Assembly (NCBI GenBank): GCA_958295815.1
Contig: OY282374.1
Location: 2,882,856 to 2,946,855 of the forward strand
Direction: 5' to 3'
Source: Candidatus Poribacteria bacterium
GTDB lineage: Bacteria; Poribacteria; WGA-4E; WGA-3G
Length of the DNA: 64,000 nucleotides
A program made the translations under genes and the position numbers. Below are positions 47,445 through 57,017 of this stretch, piece by piece. Within the stretch, counting starts at the first letter, position 1. The number at the start of each line of letters is the position of its first letter. Under the pieces are notes generated by a model that made no database searches, was not told where the DNA came from, and worked only from the letters and a program-made list of their open reading frames with translations.

Positions 47445-48347
47445 ATGGTAAACAATTGGGCGAGAATCACGGTAACTACCTCTCAAGAGGCATCTGAGGC
47501 AGTCGCGAACTGCCTTTTTGAATTGGGCGCGACAGGCGTTGAATTCGAGGATAGCAGTGCGTCTACGGTAAACCTTATTGCCTATTATCCATTAGATGAC
47601 CGGGTTGGTGCGCGAATGCAGAGGCTCCGCGATTTCCTTGCGGAACTTCCGACCTGGGGCATTCAGTCAGAACCTGCCACAATCGACTTAAAACCTGTGA
47701 AATCTGAGGATTGGGAAGAAGCGTGGAAAGCTGCTTTTCCACCGATGCGCGTTGGAAATAGGATTCTGATCACGCCAACGTGGAGCGATACGCCGCACAA
47801 GGAAACGGATGCTGTAATCCAACTGGATCCGGGTATGGCATTCGGCACTGGTCACCATCCTACCACTCGGCTATCCCTCGAATTATTGGAAGACTCGGTT
47901 GAATCACTCTACCACGTCGCTGACATCGGGAGCGGTTCTGGTATTTTAACTGTCGCCGCTGTGAAATTGGGAGCGCAACAGGTTGACGCGATTGAACTGG
48001 ATCCATCGGCTATTCCTGTCGCATCAGCAAATTTTAAAATAAATGGGATCGAATCGCGAGTCCGATTAACTCAAGGTGATGGACTCAAGAGCGTAGAAGG
48101 CAAATACCACCTCATTATCGGAAATATCCTAACGAAGGTGATTCTCCCGATCATTCCATACTGCGCACCACGACTACATCACGCTGGAGCAGTTATCTTT
48201 TCTGGGATACTTGACACAGAACTGGCGCAAGTTGAATCGGTTTTAGAAGCGCACCAGTTTCGATGTATTGAGGTCGTACGTGAAACAGAAGACAATATCA
48301 CTTGGGTAGGAGTTAAGGCGATTCTCCAATCGGCAGCTGCGTTATAG
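47445..48347 (+). CDS. prmA: Ribosomal protein L11 methyltransferase
   Basis: PrmA N-terminal domain plus SAM-binding motif DIGSGSGIL. Confidence 0.85.
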   Translation: MVNNWARITVTTSQEASEAVANCLFELGATGVEFEDSSASTVNLIAYYPLDDRVGARMQRLRDFLAELPTWGIQSEPATIDLKPVKSEDWEEAWKAAFPPMRVGNRILITPTWSDTPHKETDAVIQLDPGMAFGTGHHPTTRLSLELLEDSVESLYHVADIGSGSGILTVAAVKLGAQQVDAIELDPSAIPVASANFKINGIESRVRLTQGDGLKSVEGKYHLIIGNILTKVILPIIPYCAPRLHHAGAVIFSGILDTELAQVESVLEAHQFRCIEVVRETEDNITWVGVKAILQSAAAL

Positions 48348-48362
48348 AGGCTTGTACAACAC

Positions 48363-48623
48363 TTAGCGTGGTTCCTCTTTTGACATTCCGTGGCACAGAG
48401 TGCATCTACCGAGATTCAGATGTGGCATTGTGGGTGATTTTTCATCGCCTATTAAATGGCATTTCAGACATTCAGCGTCTGCCTCTGAACCGCGATGTTC
48501 CTCAATGTTAGAACGCGCAGGCGCAGCGTTGAAAAAAAGAATAACCATAACAATTGCGAAAATTAGACCGATAACGCTGACAATAACCATAAGCGTCTTG
48601 GCACTGGCTTGTTCTGTTGGCAT
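48363..48623 (-). CDS. Small membrane-anchored dihaem c-type cytochrome (candidate)
   Basis: 86 aa. N-terminal TM helix. Two CxxCH motifs (CLKCH, CTLCH). Immediately downstream of the PIG-L gene on the same strand. The RBS spacing is long (14 nt), so it is uncertain. Confidence 0.45.
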   Translation of the reverse strand: MPTEQASAKTLMVIVSVIGLIFAIVMVILFFNAAPARSNIEEHRGSEADAECLKCHLIGDEKSPTMPHLNLGRCTLCHGMSKEEPR

Positions 48624-48641
48624 TGACTAAAATGAGACTCC

Positions 48642-49460
48642 TTATTTGAAAAATGGGAAGAGGATAGGGATATTTTCTGCAGTTAGTGATGAACCGTATT
48701 CGCACCCTTCAAATGCCTCAGCATATTGGATCTGCGTGCCTGATTCTTCGCCATATAGTGCTATTAGCAAGTCGCGATACTTATCGGCTATAGCACGAAA
48801 ACCCTGCAAGCGACGTTCAGCGAGCCATGTCCGTCGTGCTGAATCACGAGTTGGAACACTTTCTAATGTGCCGCCGTTGTAAGGGAGCCACTCATAGAAC
48901 TGTGATACGTGGCAGTGCAGCATATCAATCTTTTGCTCAATCACGGCATCAATACCGACAGCTACATCCGGTGTGAATGGGTACGGCTTCATGAAACCAT
49001 CACTTAAATAGGCAATAACAGGGTTTGTCCGTAAATCCGGCGTAAGTGCACAAATATTCGGGACGGTAACCATATATGCGGCATCCTGTACCAACGTTGA
49101 TGTATACCGGTGATCAGGATGGTAATCGTTAGGACGATGGGTCATAATTAGGTCTGGTTGGAATTCACGAATTGCGCGGATAATCTTGTAACGGTTTTCT
49201 AATGTCGGCATCAGTTCGCCGTCGTGATTGTCCAGCAGTTCGTATTCAATACCGATAACTTCAGCGGCGGCTTGTGCTTCTGCATTCCGTCGCTGTGCTA
49301 AGGGACCACCACCCATTTCGTGGTGTCCAGCATCGCCGTTTGTAACAGAGACAAATTTAACGCGATGCCCCTGTTGTACATACAACGCAGCGACACCTCC
49401 TGCTTTAATATCACAATCATCGGGATGCGCCCCGAAAACAAGAATATTTAATGTTGACAT
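48642..49460 (-). CDS. PIG-L/LmbE-family N-acetylglucosaminyl deacetylase
   Basis: N-terminus ILVFGAHPDDCDIKAGG...TNGDAGHH is the PIG-L zinc-binding signature. Confidence 0.8.
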   Translation of the reverse strand: MSTLNILVFGAHPDDCDIKAGGVAALYVQQGHRVKFVSVTNGDAGHHEMGGGPLAQRRNAEAQAAAEVIGIEYELLDNHDGELMPTLENRYKIIRAIREFQPDLIMTHRPNDYHPDHRYTSTLVQDAAYMVTVPNICALTPDLRTNPVIAYLSDGFMKPYPFTPDVAVGIDAVIEQKIDMLHCHVSQFYEWLPYNGGTLESVPTRDSARRTWLAERRLQGFRAIADKYRDLLIALYGEESGTQIQYAEAFEGCEYGSSLTAENIPILFPFFK

Positions 49461-49564
49461 TTTTCATTATCCTCTAAAAGATTACGTGGGTTCTACCTGT
49501 AACAGATGTATCTTAGAAGTATGACGCTCCCGTTCTGTGGGAAAGGCAATTATTAAACAATACT

Positions 49565-50032
49565 ATGCAAAACTGGAAAGTTGAAGTCTACTATAAACCT
49601 GAAGTCCCCGATACGATCGGGCAAGGCATTGTTGAAGATATAACCGATCTCGGTATTAGTGGCGTCGATTCTGTTCGCACAGCCACGGTTTACTGGATTG
49701 AAGGCACACTTGATGCCGAGGCTATCGACCGAATTGGTATGGAACTTCTTGCTGACCCGATCACACAAGTTTACACTTTCAGGTCTCAAAGCGATTCGAC
49801 GACAGACTGGACGCTTGAAGTACAATTCAAGCCGGGTGTTACCGACGCTGTTGGTGATAGTGCTGTCAAAGGCATCAAAGATTTAGGCATTACAGGTGTC
49901 ACAGGTGTTCGTACTGGACATAAGTATTGGCTAACGGGTAACCTGAATGCTGAGATACTTGAAACGATTGCGAGACGGCTTCTTATGAACGATGTTATCC
50001 AAACGTTTTCTTATGAAGAACCGCAGTCGTAA
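49565..50032 (+). CDS. purS: Tandem-PurS fusion (two PurS-like domains; FGAM synthase PurS component)
   Basis: Two repeats of about 75 aa, KVEVYYKPEVPDTIGQGIVEDITDLGISGVDSVRTATVYWIEG and TLEVQFKPGVTDAVGDSAVKGIKDLGITGVTGVRTGHKYWLTG, match the PurS fold pattern. Confidence 0.65.
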   Translation: MQNWKVEVYYKPEVPDTIGQGIVEDITDLGISGVDSVRTATVYWIEGTLDAEAIDRIGMELLADPITQVYTFRSQSDSTTDWTLEVQFKPGVTDAVGDSAVKGIKDLGITGVTGVRTGHKYWLTGNLNAEILETIARRLLMNDVIQTFSYEEPQS

Positions 50033-50041
50033 TGACTATCT

Positions 50042-50854
50042 CTAACTCGCATAGACCCGAATCACTGTCCCTAAATGAAGTCGGACTAAGGTAGAAGTCG
50101 CCGCTCGCCGAAGTATGAAGCGAAACCCAGCAGCCTGACTAACGCGCCTCGGTTTGCCTAACGTAATGTTCCGAAAACCGTGTTTCTGGAGCAGTTTTGG
50201 TAAAGAGCGCGCAGAGAAATAGTAGAGATGGTCACGCGGATGAACGTAGGGCCAATCTGCTTTCTGGAGACGACTCTGGAGACTTTCCCCGTTCGGCACT
50301 TCAATGACAAGCGTTCCCGTTTGCGGTTTCAGTACCCGGCGTAATTCACTGAGAAGCGGGTTCAATTCCGGTATATGCTCTAATACATGATAGAGTGTAA
50401 TTGCGTCGAAATGTGCGTCGGGAAAATCTGCATCAAATACCTCTCCACACTGTACATCCAATTTATGTATCTCTTGTGCGAACGCACTTCCGCTCTTGGA
50501 AGGTTCAACGCCGTCCGGCTCCCAACCGCGTTCACGAGCGAGGTGGAGGAACGTGCCGATACCGCATCCAACATCCAACAACCGACCTTTATCTTCGCAT
50601 TGCTTTTCCAACTCCGTGAGACGTTCTGTCATCTGCAGCCATTCCATGCTGTCTGTATGGATACGCTCCATCTTATCCGGCGGATAGTAAGTTTCAACGT
50701 AGCCTTCCTCAAGTGTCTGGCGGCTGACGCGCGGGTTCACATATCGTAGATGACACTGTTTGCAGGCAACCACCGACAGCGAGTCTTTATCAAAAAGCAA
50801 CTCTGTCTCATCTCGCTCACAGATAGGGCAGTCAATATGTTCTAAAATATCCAT
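50042..50854 (-). CDS. Class I SAM-dependent methyltransferase with N-terminal zinc ribbon
   Basis: CPIC...CKQC zinc ribbon. SAM motif LLDVGCGIGTF. Confidence 0.75.
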   Translation of the reverse strand: MDILEHIDCPICERDETELLFDKDSLSVVACKQCHLRYVNPRVSRQTLEEGYVETYYPPDKMERIHTDSMEWLQMTERLTELEKQCEDKGRLLDVGCGIGTFLHLARERGWEPDGVEPSKSGSAFAQEIHKLDVQCGEVFDADFPDAHFDAITLYHVLEHIPELNPLLSELRRVLKPQTGTLVIEVPNGESLQSRLQKADWPYVHPRDHLYYFSARSLPKLLQKHGFRNITLGKPRRVSQAAGFRFILRRAATSTLVRLHLGTVIRVYAS

Positions 50855-50868
50855 TGTCCCACGATTGA

Positions 50869-51882
50869 CTAAAAGTAGGGCACGCCTTGTGCTTCCACAT
50901 AAATCGAGTAGAGTGACTGGCTACCCATCATAAACAGTCGATTCCGTTTCACGCCACCAAAGCAGAGATTCGCACAGATTTCAGGGAGATGAATTTGCCC
51001 GATCCGGGTTCCATCGGGTGCGTAGACATGCACACCATCGTAGCCGTCGCCAGCCCAGCCTGCGCTCGCCCATAGGTTTCCATCAGTATCACACCGAATA
51101 CCGTCAGCGATACCCGGTGAGGTATCACAGAATACTTCCTGTTTGCCCAATCGCTCGCCATCTATTACGTCGTAGACGAAGAGATGCCGCGGTGTTCCCT
51201 CTTTATGCGTGACGCCGGTATCAACGAGATAGAGTTTCTCATAGTCGGGTGAAAAGCAGATGCCGTTCGGTTTTTCGAGTTCATCGGTTGCGATGGTCGC
51301 TTCTCCGGTATCAGGATTGAGGCGATACACGCAGGTCGGCAGCTGAAATTCGGCTTTGTGTCCTTCGTAGTTGAGCATAATGCCGTATCCGGGATCGGTA
51401 AACCAGATATGTCCATCTTCGTGGACTGCGACATCGTTCGGTGCGTTGAGCGGCTTGCCGTCAAAACTGTCCATCAGGACGGTAATTGTTCCGTCATATT
51501 CAGTGCGTGTGACACGCCGAGCACCGTGTTCACAACTGACGAGTCTTCCCTGCCGGTCGCGGGTGTGCCCGTTGCTATAGTTCGAGGGTTTCCGATAGAC
51601 GCTTACTTCACCGGTGGATTCCTCCCATTTCAGAATCCGATTGTTCGGAATATCACTCCAGAGTAGATATCCACCGTCGCCGAACCAGGCGGGCCCCTCT
51701 GCCCAGCGCGATCCTGTCCATAACCGTTCGACAACGGTATTACCGATTGTATATTTATTAAAACGAGGGTCTAACGCCTCGATTGCTGGATCGGGATAGC
51801 GGACGATTGATCCGTCCCATTTTCTTTCTGTACTCATCCATATCTCCTTTAAATAGCACTGCCAACAGCAGAACGCTTTCAA
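50869..51882 (-). CDS. SMP-30/gluconolactonase/LRE-like beta-propeller hydrolase
   Basis: Six-bladed propeller pattern: EGPAW..., LLWSDIPNNRILKW, multiple DG/DP blade motifs. Confidence 0.75.
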   Translation of the reverse strand: MKAFCCWQCYLKEIWMSTERKWDGSIVRYPDPAIEALDPRFNKYTIGNTVVERLWTGSRWAEGPAWFGDGGYLLWSDIPNNRILKWEESTGEVSVYRKPSNYSNGHTRDRQGRLVSCEHGARRVTRTEYDGTITVLMDSFDGKPLNAPNDVAVHEDGHIWFTDPGYGIMLNYEGHKAEFQLPTCVYRLNPDTGEATIATDELEKPNGICFSPDYEKLYLVDTGVTHKEGTPRHLFVYDVIDGERLGKQEVFCDTSPGIADGIRCDTDGNLWASAGWAGDGYDGVHVYAPDGTRIGQIHLPEICANLCFGGVKRNRLFMMGSQSLYSIYVEAQGVPYF

Positions 51883-51940
51883 TTTCTGGGAAATAGTATA
51901 TCACAATCGAGATGTTGTATGTAGGAAAATCTATGCGGAC

Positions 51941-52073
51941 TTGGTTATTGGTTATAAGTTATTGGTTAAGAAGCGGATAGCGGTGAGGTTATGGGTTGTG
52001 AGTTATGGGGGATGTGGGTTATAAGTTGTCTGAACCAGGATTTACAGGATTCAAGGATTTGCAGGATTATGGA
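51941..52073 (+). repeat. Degenerate short iterons (GGTTATAAGTTAT / GTTATGGG, then CAGGATT x3) in a divergent promoter region
   Basis: Same GTTATAAGTTA motif cluster as 11046-11103. Confidence 0.6.
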
Positions 52074-52324
52074 TGCCCTTGATTAACGACTGGCTTTTAT
52101 AGAATATCAAACTATTTTTTTTGGTTAATGGAAAACTGAATGGCTATGATATCCACGCCTTTCGCTTGTCTTTTACACACATGTATGGTACAATTGCCAT
52201 GATTATATGTAGTGTAGAAAGCAACCGGACCACAGAAAACCACTAATAAAAAACAATCCCTGAACACCCATTCCTTTTCTGAACACACAACCCTATACCG
52301 ACGCTTCTTCTTGACCGAAAATGA

Positions 52325-52375
52325 GATTGATAAACTGGTGTATAAATTGTATAATTTATCACCAGAGGGATACCG
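52325..52375 (+). promoter_or_regulatory. Promoter/operator module copy 3 (TTGATA-17-TATAAT on the plus strand) driving the AT-rich gene 52403-53563
   Basis: GATTGATAAACTGGTGT-ATAAATT...CACCAGAGGGAT aligns with copies 1/2 (ATAAACTGGTGTCTATAAATT...CCAGAGGGAT). Consensus -35/-10 at 52327-52332 and 52350-52355. Confidence 0.6.
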
Positions 52376-52402
52376 CAGTGTAAAAAAGAATAGGAGAATA
52401 TT

Positions 52403-53563
52403 ATGAATGATTTGATTGATAAACTAATACAGGATTTAAAAGAGGATGCTGCAAAAAGTAAAGCTGAAATGGATAAAGCATGCGATCAAATGATGAGAGA
52501 TTTGCATACCAAGAGCCCAGAATTAATGAAAGCGAAATTTGAAGAAATTAAGAATACAGATATTACAATCTGTTTTGATGAGAGTTCTATTGCATCCAAC
52601 AGTTGGGAAAAATTTCATAACCGAGTAGAGGGCCGTATACTCAAGCAGATAGCTTCCAAGATAGAGAAATCTCTTAATGAATCTGTTCAGGACGACGACC
52701 TGCAAAAATACCTTTGGATAGAACGTAAAGACGAAAACAACCAATTGCAAGGAGTTGCCCATTGTCCCAAGCAAGTGATTGACAGGATCCGTCAGGACTG
52801 CAATGATTTCCGAATCCAGACTATAATTGGGATATGGAACAGGTTTAGACAAGTTACAATTGACAGCGCTCGTAATATTGGACAAGTTAACTTACCGGAT
52901 ATTCGTATCACACTAATCTTTCCGACTTCTAACACATTAAATATTTTAAGGTACCGTACAGAGGCTGAAACAACAAAAGAAGAGTATATCTATAGTTTAC
53001 CGTCAATTACCTTGGATACCGACGTGCTCCTCAAGATGAAAAAAGGAAAATCTGTGGATATGCAGGAATTCCGAAAGACATACCTTGTAGATTTAGCAGT
53101 TTCACAACGAATCCGTGAGGATATTAAGCTACGTCCAGATGAAGAGAAGTTTCTCTCGAATTACTACATTAGAACAATTCCTTCTATTATGCGCTGCAGT
53201 TTTGACAGTAAAGCTCAACGATTTCTTCTAAACCCAAAGTTCAATAAACCTGGAAGCACTGAATTTTTAAAATCTGTGGAATCAATTATCAATAATTTTT
53301 TCAAACCCAGAGGAGAAAAACCGCCAGGGTATCTGGACTGGGATCATCTTCACGCCCACTACTTATCAGGGAGAGATATTTTTCTGACAGATGACCAAAA
53401 GATTCTAAAAATTAAGGAGCAGTTAAACGATGAATTAGGTATCGTTTTAATGAATCTTGAGGATTTCGTAAATACCTTTAAAAATAATAACGATCTAATA
53501 AAGTCTTTTGGAAAAGTCAATTCCATAGACGGTGTCAGTGACATTACCTGTGTCCGCGATTAA
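52403..53563 (+). CDS. Hypothetical protein, AT-rich orphan gene (about 30% GC vs about 50% flanks)
   Basis: 386-aa ORF, GGAG RBS. No recognisable domain. Strongly deviant base composition. Confidence 0.6.
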   Translation: MNDLIDKLIQDLKEDAAKSKAEMDKACDQMMRDLHTKSPELMKAKFEEIKNTDITICFDESSIASNSWEKFHNRVEGRILKQIASKIEKSLNESVQDDDLQKYLWIERKDENNQLQGVAHCPKQVIDRIRQDCNDFRIQTIIGIWNRFRQVTIDSARNIGQVNLPDIRITLIFPTSNTLNILRYRTEAETTKEEYIYSLPSITLDTDVLLKMKKGKSVDMQEFRKTYLVDLAVSQRIREDIKLRPDEEKFLSNYYIRTIPSIMRCSFDSKAQRFLLNPKFNKPGSTEFLKSVESIINNFFKPRGEKPPGYLDWDHLHAHYLSGRDIFLTDDQKILKIKEQLNDELGIVLMNLEDFVNTFKNNNDLIKSFGKVNSIDGVSDITCVRD

Positions 53564-53595
53564 GTAAGTTGTGGGAACAGACTGGATAATAGAAA

Positions 53596-53937
53596 TTGGT
53601 AATCAGGGACTTAAGAATTCCGGACAATGCTCGCGTTATTCGGGGCGGTAAAAACCAAGTGAACGACATTCAACGAGGGACTAGCACACATCCAGCTGGA
53701 ATCACTGGTGTGTCGGTAGAAAGTGGCGAAGGTGTTCCGGATGCAGAATTGGCACGAACCATTCCACACAGACAAGTTGGCATCACAACCGTTGCGGAGG
53801 TCCGAAAAGCAGGCGGTGATGTAGTCCGAACTGCTGGACGGAGTCCTTATCATGCAACGTTGACAGGACTTACGCCCGAACAAGTTAGTAAACTGCTTAC
53901 ACCAACAATTCCCAATCCTAGGAGGGAAAGAAGATGA
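53596..53937 (+). CDS. Hypothetical protein (no ATG; TTG/GTG start), possible toxin-like module
   Basis: 113-aa ORF with no internal Met. Its stop overlaps the next ORF's start (ATGA). Confidence 0.35.
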   Translation: MVIRDLRIPDNARVIRGGKNQVNDIQRGTSTHPAGITGVSVESGEGVPDAELARTIPHRQVGITTVAEVRKAGGDVVRTAGRSPYHATLTGLTPEQVSKLLTPTIPNPRRERR

Positions 53938-54269
53938 ACAAACTCAGAGTTTTCGCAGATTTTCACAATGCGGACGCAAAAGGCAGGTTGCGGTTGAACT
54001 GCGCCGGTACGATAGCAGATTGCGAACGTCAGGGAATTGTGCTGCGAGATGGACAATCCCTTATCATCTACAGCGAAGAGTTGGAGGTTGAGGGTGTTGT
54101 TCACTACTCAGAAGAAGAAAAATTGTGGACAGCGGTTATTGATTGGAATGCCATTCGAGAAGTAGAACCTATAGTCCCTCAATCAGCAATTCAGGACATC
54201 AGCCACATGATGGAGAAAAAATGGATAAACGGTAGCTACATTACCGAGATGAAAGTGAATTCTATGTAG
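53934..54269 (+). CDS. Hypothetical protein, translationally coupled to 53596-53937 (possible immunity/antitoxin-like partner)
   Basis: ATGA overlap with the upstream ORF. 111 aa, no known domain. Confidence 0.4.
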   Translation: MNKLRVFADFHNADAKGRLRLNCAGTIADCERQGIVLRDGQSLIIYSEELEVEGVVHYSEEEKLWTAVIDWNAIREVEPIVPQSAIQDISHMMEKKWINGSYITEMKVNSM

Positions 54270-54568
54270 GTTTGAAATAGGCATATTACTCAATTTCGGT
54301 AAAAAATATTAATGACAGATATTCCGATCACATTAGCTGATAACTCCCTTCATTCTTCCAACTCTTTGCTATCCCCATCTCATGTCATAATTTTATACAC
54401 CCAACTACTGTAGATTATAGAATTACTTTGACCTTGTGGACGCTGCCCGGTGCTGTTAGGAAACCGCGCCTACCGAGATGTTGCTACAAAAATCTTGAAA
54501 AAAAGGATAAAATATGAGATAATGTAGGAGGAATCAAAATATCTTGTTCAAAGGAGAAATTACACAAG

Positions 54569-55741
54569 ATGCCATTAGGTAGGAAAATACGTTACGGCAT
54601 GGTGGGTGGTGGACCGGATGCGTTCATCGGTGCTGTCCATCGTAAAGCCGCAGCACTCGACGGGGAAATAGATCTCGTCGCCGGTGCGTTCTCATCATCA
54701 CCCGAAAAATCTCGCCAGCAAGGTGCTGAGCTTTTCCTTGATGCAAATCGGGTATACGGCTCTTATAAGGAAATGGCGGAAAAAGAGAGCCAACTCCCAG
54801 AAGGCGAACGGATTGACTTCGTCTCAATTGTAACACCGAATCATGTCCACTTCGATGTAGCCAAAACCTTTATTGAAGCCGGGTTTCACGTCGTCTGCGA
54901 TAAGCCGATGACGACAACGGTTGCGGATGCAGAAACGCTCTGCAGCCTCGTTAAAGAACACGACGTCGTCTTTGCACTCACACATAATTACACAGGCTAT
55001 CCGATGGTGAAGCAGGCACGCGAACTTATTAAAGACGGAAAACTCGGAACGCTTCGCAAGATCGTCGTAGAATATCCACAGGGTTGGCTCGCCACATTTT
55101 TGGAAGACGAAGGTGCGAAACAAGCCGTCTGGCGTACGGATCCCAAACAAGCCGGTGCCTCTTCGTGTATCGGAGATATCGGTTCCCACGCGGAGAACTT
55201 GGCACACTACATCACAGGACTCGACATCGAAGAGATATGTGCCGACATGACCACATTTGTAGAGGGTCGTCTGTTGGAAGATGATGGCAATCTATTGGTG
55301 CATTACGAAAGCGGTGTCCGCGGCGTGCTTTATGCCTCGCAAATCTCGGTGGGTGAGGAGAACAACCTCCGCATCCGCGTCTACGGTACTGACGCTTCGT
55401 TAGAATGGCAACAGGAGAATCCGAACTATCTCTACGTCCGTTTCCCAGATGGTCCCGAACAGGTTTACAAACGTGGTAACGACTATTTGGCAGAAGTGGT
55501 TCAACACAACTCACGGATACCGTTTGGACATCCCGAAGCGTTTATTGAGGCATTCGCAAATATTTATGTGAACGCTGCACGTACAATGTCGGCGAAAATC
55601 GCTGGCGAAGCTCCAAGCGAATTTGATACAGACTTTCCCACCGTTCAAGACGGTGCACGAGGTGTACATTTCATTAACGCTGCTGTAGAGAGCGGTAAAC
55701 AGCGTGCGTGGCTCGACGCGAGTTACACGCCTCCGGCGTAA
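54569..55741 (+). CDS. Gfo/Idh/MocA-family NAD(P)-dependent oxidoreductase
   Basis: Rossmann N-terminus YGMVGGGPDAFIGAVH plus the C-terminal alpha/beta domain typical of the family. Confidence 0.85.
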   Translation: MPLGRKIRYGMVGGGPDAFIGAVHRKAAALDGEIDLVAGAFSSSPEKSRQQGAELFLDANRVYGSYKEMAEKESQLPEGERIDFVSIVTPNHVHFDVAKTFIEAGFHVVCDKPMTTTVADAETLCSLVKEHDVVFALTHNYTGYPMVKQARELIKDGKLGTLRKIVVEYPQGWLATFLEDEGAKQAVWRTDPKQAGASSCIGDIGSHAENLAHYITGLDIEEICADMTTFVEGRLLEDDGNLLVHYESGVRGVLYASQISVGEENNLRIRVYGTDASLEWQQENPNYLYVRFPDGPEQVYKRGNDYLAEVVQHNSRIPFGHPEAFIEAFANIYVNAARTMSAKIAGEAPSEFDTDFPTVQDGARGVHFINAAVESGKQRAWLDASYTPPA

Positions 55742-55793
55742 TTTTATATTGGGAATTGGCAGTCGGTATGTGATTTTTATATTAGATTAACGG

Positions 55794-55890
55794 AGAATTC
55801 GGGGTTACAAACCCCTCCCACAATGTGAAAATCACTTCAAACGCTTATTGAAACGTTTAAAGCCTGTTAATAGCAACTTGGGTTAGATTA
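55794..55890 (+). repeat. 100-bp composite intergenic element, copy B
   Basis: GAATTCGGGGTTACAAACCCCTCCCACAATGTGAAAATCACTTCAAACGCTTATTGAAACGTTTAAAGCCTGTTAATAGCAACTTGGGTTAGATT. Confidence 0.85.
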
Positions 55891-55936
55891 GACATCCCTT
55901 TACCGATAGCCGATAACGCATAAAAGGAGATATACT

Positions 55937-56935
55937 ATGGCAAGACCTGTAACACTCTTTACAGGCCAATGGGCAGACTTAACATTAGAAGAAATAGCTG
56001 AAAAAGCGAGTGGATGGGGCTATGATGGCTTAGAGCTCGCATGCTGGGGTGACCATTTTGAGGTCGATAAAGCCCTCTCGGACGACAGTTACTGTCAGGG
56101 TAGGCACGATCTACTCGCGAAGTATGGGCTGAAAGTTTGGTCGATTAGCAACCATCTTGTTGGACAAGCCGTCTGTGATAATATCGACAGCCGACATCAA
56201 GGCATTTTGTCAGAAGCGATTTGGGGTGACGGTGATCCGGCTGGCGTTCAAGAACGTGCTGCTGAAGAGATGAAAAACACGGCGCGCGCTGCAGCGAAAC
56301 TCGGCGTGAGCGTTGTCAATGGATTTACTGGTAGTTCTATATGGCATCTGCTCTACTCTTTCCCGCCGAATGATCCTGCGCAAATTGATGCGGGTTTTGA
56401 AGATTTTGCGAACCGTTGGAACCCGATTTTCGATGTCTTTGATGAAGTTGGTGTTAAGTTTGGACTCGAAGTCCATCCGACTGAAATTGCTTTTGACATT
56501 GTCACTGCGGAACGCGCAATTGAGGCAGTCAACGGCAGAGAAGCGTTCGGATTTAACTACGATCCGAGTCACCTCGGTTATCAAGGCGTTGACTACGTTG
56601 CTTTCCTTGAACGGTTGAGTCACCGGATTTACCACGTCCACATGAAAGATGTCTGGTGGGCAGATACACCGAGATTAGCTGGAGTATTCGGTGGACACCT
56701 GAACTTCGGTGATGCTCGGAGAAATTGGGATTTTCGTTCGATTGGACGCGGTAGCATTAATTTTGAAGAGATTATTCGAGCGTTGAATCACATGGAATAT
56801 GACGGTCCACTCTCTATCGAGTGGGAAGACAGTGGTATGGATCGTGAGCACGGCGCTCGTGAGTCTTGCGCTGCTGTTAAAGGCTACGATTTTGAACCGT
56901 CTGCAGTGGCTTTTGATGCAGCATTTGAAGAGTAA
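55937..56935 (+). CDS. Sugar phosphate isomerase/epimerase (xylose-isomerase-like TIM barrel)
   Basis: Conserved TIM-barrel blocks with metal ligands (E...D...H...E pattern). Confidence 0.75.
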   Translation: MARPVTLFTGQWADLTLEEIAEKASGWGYDGLELACWGDHFEVDKALSDDSYCQGRHDLLAKYGLKVWSISNHLVGQAVCDNIDSRHQGILSEAIWGDGDPAGVQERAAEEMKNTARAAAKLGVSVVNGFTGSSIWHLLYSFPPNDPAQIDAGFEDFANRWNPIFDVFDEVGVKFGLEVHPTEIAFDIVTAERAIEAVNGREAFGFNYDPSHLGYQGVDYVAFLERLSHRIYHVHMKDVWWADTPRLAGVFGGHLNFGDARRNWDFRSIGRGSINFEEIIRALNHMEYDGPLSIEWEDSGMDREHGARESCAAVKGYDFEPSAVAFDAAFEE

Positions 56936-57017
56936 AAAGCGTAAATATTGTTTCGGCGGGTCTCAGTGCCCGCCGATTGCCGAGTCTTGAGAAATAATAC
57001 CTAACAGGAATAGACCC

